Shown here: in pieces, positions 26,645 to 32,000 of the stretch
Numbering within the stretch: the stretch's first letter is position 1
Layout of the letters: each line of letters opens with the position of its first letter
Assembly: GCA_002794465.1 (NCBI GenBank)
Contig: MTSL01000041.1
Location: forward strand, 107,113-139,112
Origin: Paramicrosporidium saccamoebae KSL3
Lineage: Eukaryota > Fungi > Cryptomycota
Length of the DNA stretch: 32,000 nucleotides
Direction: 5' to 3'
The notes under the pieces: generated by a model
What the model was told of the DNA's origin: nothing
Databases searched by the model: none
The model's input: the letters and a program-made list of their open reading frames with translations, nothing else
Position numbers and translations under genes: made by a program

Positions 26645-28804
26645 TCACGATGCAAATTCAATCCCAGATCGATTCACCGCCTGTTTTAAGAACGCCAAAA
26701 TTCGCGAGTGGCGCACCCATTTCTTTTGGCTATCTGCGGTTTGCTTGCAGCGGACTTTGAGACATAGTTTTAATGAGTCAAGATTGCGATCAGACTGGCC
26801 ATTATCGGCAGCAATAACAGCTCTCAGTTCGAATGACTGGTAATAGTCTTGACTGTAATGATGCAGGAAGGTTTCGATTCTTTTTCGAAGACTTGCCAGC
26901 CGAGAAGTCTCTTCTTCCATTGTTAGCTTGTTCTTATCTGGTGTGCATAAGGTGAACTCGACTCTCTCCCATTGCTCAGATCCACGTGAAAGATTTGTCA
27001 ATGGATTAGCTGCAAGAACATGATTCGGCACGATTACAAAAAGTCCATTCCACCTCTTAAATACAGTATTTTGAATATTAATGTTGGTCACAGTCAGTAC
27101 GTCTTCGTCACTAGATCCGACCTCTCTTCCCATCACAACACGATCACCTACGTCATACGGGTGTATCACAAACAGAAATATGAGTGAATGAAACATTTTG
27201 TTTGTGGCTTCAAAGATGAGGAAATTTAGTGTGAGCACTATTGATGCAGTGAACCCTATCAGGTTGACGACTCTGACACCAAACAGAGCCAGCAAGAACA
27301 AAAATAGTCCAGCTGTCATGGCGCACATACCAATTGTGTCAAGAATAGATAGGACGGATCCAGTATTTGCAACACTTTGTGCGAGATTTCTTTGTTCTCG
27401 GAAAATTCGCACAATTGCCCCGCGAAATTCGTTTTTGGTAATCGCACCATCTTTGTCATAGTCGAACACATCAAATGCATCCTTGCTAGCCGCATCATTA
27501 ATAATGATAGCGGAGAAATCTTCCAAGGAGAGTATTTTTGTATTCGGCGCGCAGAGATAATGGAAAATCATACGTGCCATAATTTTTGCTTCGTGATCGG
27601 TCCTCGGAGGTGCGGTTGCAATTGTTTCGTATCCGGACACTTGAATTGTGCGAATAATTTCATCACGGAATTCTGAAAATTCTACCGTGGCATAATCCTC
27701 TAGTGCGAGCCCGTTGACAATTCTGTTATAAGATGACGTCCTTCGATCTCGTCTCCACCAGGCAACGATCTGTTCAGGGATGACAAATGGGAGATTGAAC
27801 ATAAAATCTCGAGTGGTTTGTCCAATATTTACGGCATTATGTCTTGCAGCAGTATTATCAATAGTATATCTGCGGGCGATACGCTGTCGTTTGGCAGCCA
27901 AAAGGAGCATGTCAACGACGTGGATTTTGAATCGGTTCTCAATGAGCCGACTTTTGAACGTTTTTTCCTGAAAATTGCTCCGGAGTGATATCATGACAAA
28001 AGAACCAGCGGCTGATGTAAGGCCACAAATAAAAATGAAGACCAAAATGCGAGGCACATAACTAAAGCCACAGTATCCGAGATATCCGAGCGCTTTATCG
28101 GCCTCCAAAAACTCGAACAAATTTTCTTGTGTGAGCAGGTGCACACAGTCATCAGGAAAGTAAGCCTTCCAGTATAGGCCGATAACCACAGCCCCTATGC
28201 AAACTGAAAGAGACGCGGCAATATTTTCGATTTTCGAAGGGAGATCTGATCGCGACAAAGTGGATGTCGATTTGACTAACCGGACAATTTTCCGAATTGC
28301 AGTTTGCGACCAGACGGGGACGAAAACAGAAAGAAAGACTAGTGTGACCCATAAGTGAAATGGCACTTGAGCAATAACTGGCACTCCTATCGATGTGAGC
28401 GAGCATAACCACAGAATGACACACATGGCCATGATTACGAGCAATACACTGTTCAGAAAATTTTTGTACCTGACATTCACGTTATTAGGAGCTGGAGGCG
28501 TCGTTCCCGGGGCAGAAATTTCATCGACAAAGGCCTCTTCATATTCGCTCTCTTCGTCACGGCGATCATCTCCAATCCAATCGAATGAGTCTTGACTTGC
28601 ATCCGAGAGATTGTCGCTCGGTGGAGGCCTTTCATCAGCGCTAGAATAGTCTTCCGCTGGCATGGGGACTGCTACCCTTCCAGTTTCACGAGCATTTGAA
28701 GATGATGGATCAGGGGTGTCCTTGCTGGGGGTGCTGTAAACCGTATCTTCTTCCCCTTGAAGATCTCCATTTTGAGATTCTGATTTCCATTCAGATTCAT
28801 TCAT
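26645..28804 (-). CDS. MscS-like mechanosensitive ion channel with EF-hand (Msy1/Msy2-type), intronless, 719 aa
   Basis: EF-hand DVFDYDKDGAITKNEF. MscS core LIFLFVIHPYDVGDRV...NINIQNTVFKRWNG...VPNHVLA...ITNLSR-like segment. Multiple N-terminal TM helices. Confidence 0.92.
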   Translation of the reverse strand: MNESEWKSESQNGDLQGEEDTVYSTPSKDTPDPSSSNARETGRVAVPMPAEDYSSADERPPPSDNLSDASQDSFDWIGDDRRDEESEYEEAFVDEISAPGTTPPAPNNVNVRYKNFLNSVLLVIMAMCVILWLCSLTSIGVPVIAQVPFHLWVTLVFLSVFVPVWSQTAIRKIVRLVKSTSTLSRSDLPSKIENIAASLSVCIGAVVIGLYWKAYFPDDCVHLLTQENLFEFLEADKALGYLGYCGFSYVPRILVFIFICGLTSAAGSFVMISLRSNFQEKTFKSRLIENRFKIHVVDMLLLAAKRQRIARRYTIDNTAARHNAVNIGQTTRDFMFNLPFVIPEQIVAWWRRDRRTSSYNRIVNGLALEDYATVEFSEFRDEIIRTIQVSGYETIATAPPRTDHEAKIMARMIFHYLCAPNTKILSLEDFSAIIINDAASKDAFDVFDYDKDGAITKNEFRGAIVRIFREQRNLAQSVANTGSVLSILDTIGMCAMTAGLFLFLLALFGVRVVNLIGFTASIVLTLNFLIFEATNKMFHSLIFLFVIHPYDVGDRVVMGREVGSSDEDVLTVTNINIQNTVFKRWNGLFVIVPNHVLAANPLTNLSRGSEQWERVEFTLCTPDKNKLTMEEETSRLASLRKRIETFLHHYSQDYYQSFELRAVIAADNGQSDRNLDSLKLCLKVRCKQTADSQKKWVRHSRILAFLKQAVNRSGIEFAS

Positions 28805-29070
28805 TAGAATCTACTACTTACTGCCTCTCTGCTGGAATACCTACTATAATGCTGTAGGAAGTCTAGGCTTTTGATTGGTCTCTTAAAACGAAAACATTGC
28901 CAATTGGTCGGACTTTGAAAAGGTTTCAGTCTCATAGGTGCAGGCCGAAGAAGTGTAGTAGGGAGTATCAAAGACCTTGATAGGACAAGATTACTGGCAG
29001 CAAGTTTTGCCGAGCCCAATTGAGTGATTAGATATTAAGACAAATAGACTTAAGATTAAGGGTTTTATTA

Positions 29071-30054
29071 ATGACGGACGAAAACTTGAATGAGTTGAAA
29101 CAAGGATTGGCACGGATGCTAAAGGTTTTCTATAATCTGCGATAATTTTATACACTTCAGGGAGGTGTAATAATGGATGTTGTGAATGCAGAACAGGCAC
29201 GGATAGCCGAAGCGGCTGGGGCATGTGCGGTTATGGCCTTGGAGCGAGTCCCTGCGGACATTCGGAAAGAGGGTGCCAAACATTATACAAGTTTCTGAAA
29301 GTTTAGGAGGAGTCTCGAGAATGTCAGATCCAACTATGATTGAAGAAATCAAGGCGGCTGTATCAATCCCTGTTATGGCAAAATGCCGCATTGGGCACTT
29401 TGTTGAAGGACAGATACTCCAAGATCTTGAGGTTGATTTCATTGACGAGAGTGAAGTTCTCACCCCCTCAGACGAAAGACACATTAGCAAAACTGACTTT
29501 AAGGTGCCATTTGTATGCGGGTGCCGCTCTTTGGGCGAGGCTCTACGACGTATCAACGAGGGAGCAGCGATGATTCGGACCAAGGGTGAAGCTGGTACGG
29601 GTGATGTCTTTGAGGCGGTCAGACATGCCCGAAAAGTTGCTAAAGAAATCGAGACTTTAAATATGTCAAACAAAGAAGTTTGGGAAAGTTTTTGCAAGGA
29701 AAATAACGTTCCCATGACTCTTTTGGAAGATACCCTTCGACGAGGTCGTCTTCCCGTTGTTACATTTGCCGCTGGCGGTATCGCCACGCCGGCAGACGCT
29801 GCTTTGATGATGCAGCTCGGGATGGACGGAGTATTTGTCGGTTCTGTACAAAGAGTGAAGAGTCTTTTTACATTTAGGGAATCTTTAAGAGTGGAGATCC
29901 CGACAAAAGAGCAAGGGCTATTGTCGATGCTGTGGCAAACTATAAAGATCCAAAAGTGCTGTCCAAAGTCTCCCGCAATCTTGGCGAAGCAATGGTTGGT
30001 ATTAACGTTTCTGAGCTCTCAGCTGAGAATCGTCTCAGCTCCAGAGGATGGTAA
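29071..30054 (+). CDS. PDX1: Pyridoxal 5'-phosphate synthase subunit PDX1/SNZ; introns at 29125-29160, 29273-29306 and 29846-29877
   Basis: Spliced: GLARMLK|[37 protein letters not shown]|GGVSRMSDP...[13 protein letters not shown]...[13 protein letters not shown]...[27 protein letters not shown]|GIFKSGDP...SSRGW*. Both catalytic lysines are present. Confidence 0.95.
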
Positions 30055-30145
30055 ATCACAGAATGATAGTCTATTTATAGGAAATTACTAAATATGCAAA
30101 TAAAGTCGGATTTAATTTACGATCGACGCATAAGCTCGCATTGTC

Positions 30146-31274
<1,129 letters not shown>

Positions 31275-31318
31275 GTTTATCTAAGACAATAAATACTAAT
31301 GGAATTTGCCAATTCACA

Positions 31319-31645
31319 ATGGATTGCCTCAGCGTGCCGTTTGCGGAAGCACAACACCAGTTAAATGTGGCCATTAGCAAGACGCATCTGTCTGTCCCGG
31401 ACACAGATTCAGGCAATCCGACCATAATCGACAGCATAGCATGGATTCAAAATGGTGCAGAGAGACTCTTGGAGGAAATTGAAAATTGCCGACCAACAGA
31501 GACTCATCACTCTGCTGCGCAGAAGATTGATGCTCTCCGAGAACTCGAGTCGGCCTTACTGTCCATGAACGGCAGCATTGCTCGTACCGCCGACGAGATA
31601 TCCGGCGTCTTGTTCGCTTATTATTGCAAGCTGCGTACCGACTGA
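31319..31645 (+). CDS. Hypothetical small alpha-helical protein, about 108 aa
   Basis: Fills the gap between GAPDH and CCDC124 with no overlap. ATG at 31319. Amphipathic heptad-like segments (AQKIDALRELESALLSMNGSIARTADEI). No family recognised. Confidence 0.5.
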   Translation: MDCLSVPFAEAQHQLNVAISKTHLSVPDTDSGNPTIIDSIAWIQNGAERLLEEIENCRPTETHHSAAQKIDALRELESALLSMNGSIARTADEISGVLFAYYCKLRTD

Positions 31646-31690
31646 AACTCTAGGAATATATTCTCTCTATACTATTGCAAAACGTCAAGT

Positions 31691-32000
31691 TTAGGCTGGC
31701 GGTAGCTTTAGGCGGTCAAGATTAGCCTCAATCTCACTAGTTGTCTTTAGTACTTCTTGACTCCTCGTGGAATTGTAAGATATATGAGTCTGGTTAAACG
31801 GGTTGTCGGGCGACTTTTGCCAGAGCTTGTATAATTTCTCCTTCAGTTGGGACAGTCGCAGTCCAGGAAACTGTTCCTTCAAGAGTGGCATCTCCCTTTC
31901 CTCAAAGGATGCATATGCAGCCTTCATGCGGCGCTCCGGATGCCTCTCAACTCCGCTTTTTGTCAAATTGGAAGATGTTGCATCAAGCAAAAAGAGTGCA
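31691..32000 (-). CDS. CCDC124: CCDC124/Lso2/Oxs1 family protein, C-terminal part; the start lies beyond the right edge
   Basis: RHPERRMKAAYASFEEREMPLLKEQFPGLRLSQLKEKLYKLWQKSPDNPFNQ is the CCDC124 C-terminal signature. The frame is open to the window end. Confidence 0.9.
   Translation of the reverse strand, partial: ALFLLDATSSNLTKSGVERHPERRMKAAYASFEEREMPLLKEQFPGLRLSQLKEKLYKLWQKSPDNPFNQTHISYNSTRSQEVLKTTSEIEANLDRLKLPPA

Noticed and set aside
28804-29019. 71-aa ORF upstream of the second MscS gene
   Set aside because: TTG start and no recognisable features. It lies in the MscS/PDX1 divergent promoter.
28805-29070. Expected SNZ-SNO (PDX1-PDX2) head-to-head pair as in yeast
   Set aside because: The divergent neighbour of PDX1 is the MscS-like gene, and no glutaminase sequence is present in the window.

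Overview
Eukaryotic nuclear DNA from a very compact, fungus-like genome. My inference is a basal fungal or Rozellomycota/short-branch-microsporidian lineage; this is not proven. I reconstruct 24 protein-coding genes in 32 kb, two of them cut by the window edges. They carry about 35 tiny GT-AG introns (28-42 nt), so the supplied ORF track fragments or misses most genes. Housekeeping genes: NOP56, MSH6, SIT4/PP6, TAF9, RPN13, an Hrp1/Musashi-like RRM protein, PTRHD1, a BRPF/Nto1-like scaffold, PDX1, GAPDH, CCDC124/Lso2, an NDUFB2-like subunit, an SLC35F transporter and an SP-RING protein. Less ordinary genes: a secreted His1 LPMO-like protein with Glu at the expected second-His position plus two CBM19-like modules; a TPS/TPP protein with degenerate catalytic motifs; two MscS-like paralogues; a 203-aa Nup60/Nup153-like protein; an AVEN-like protein; a stand-alone 2H phosphoesterase; and an uncharacterised SAM methyltransferase. 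Most intergenic gaps are under about 150 bp. Three of the longer spacers (about 2.2-2.5, 14.1-14.9 and 19.7-20.05 kb) share motifs and hold a TIR-bounded element and a minisatellite. I found no rRNA, tRNA, CRISPR array or autonomous transposon. All assignments come from manual translation and motif recall; no database searches were run.
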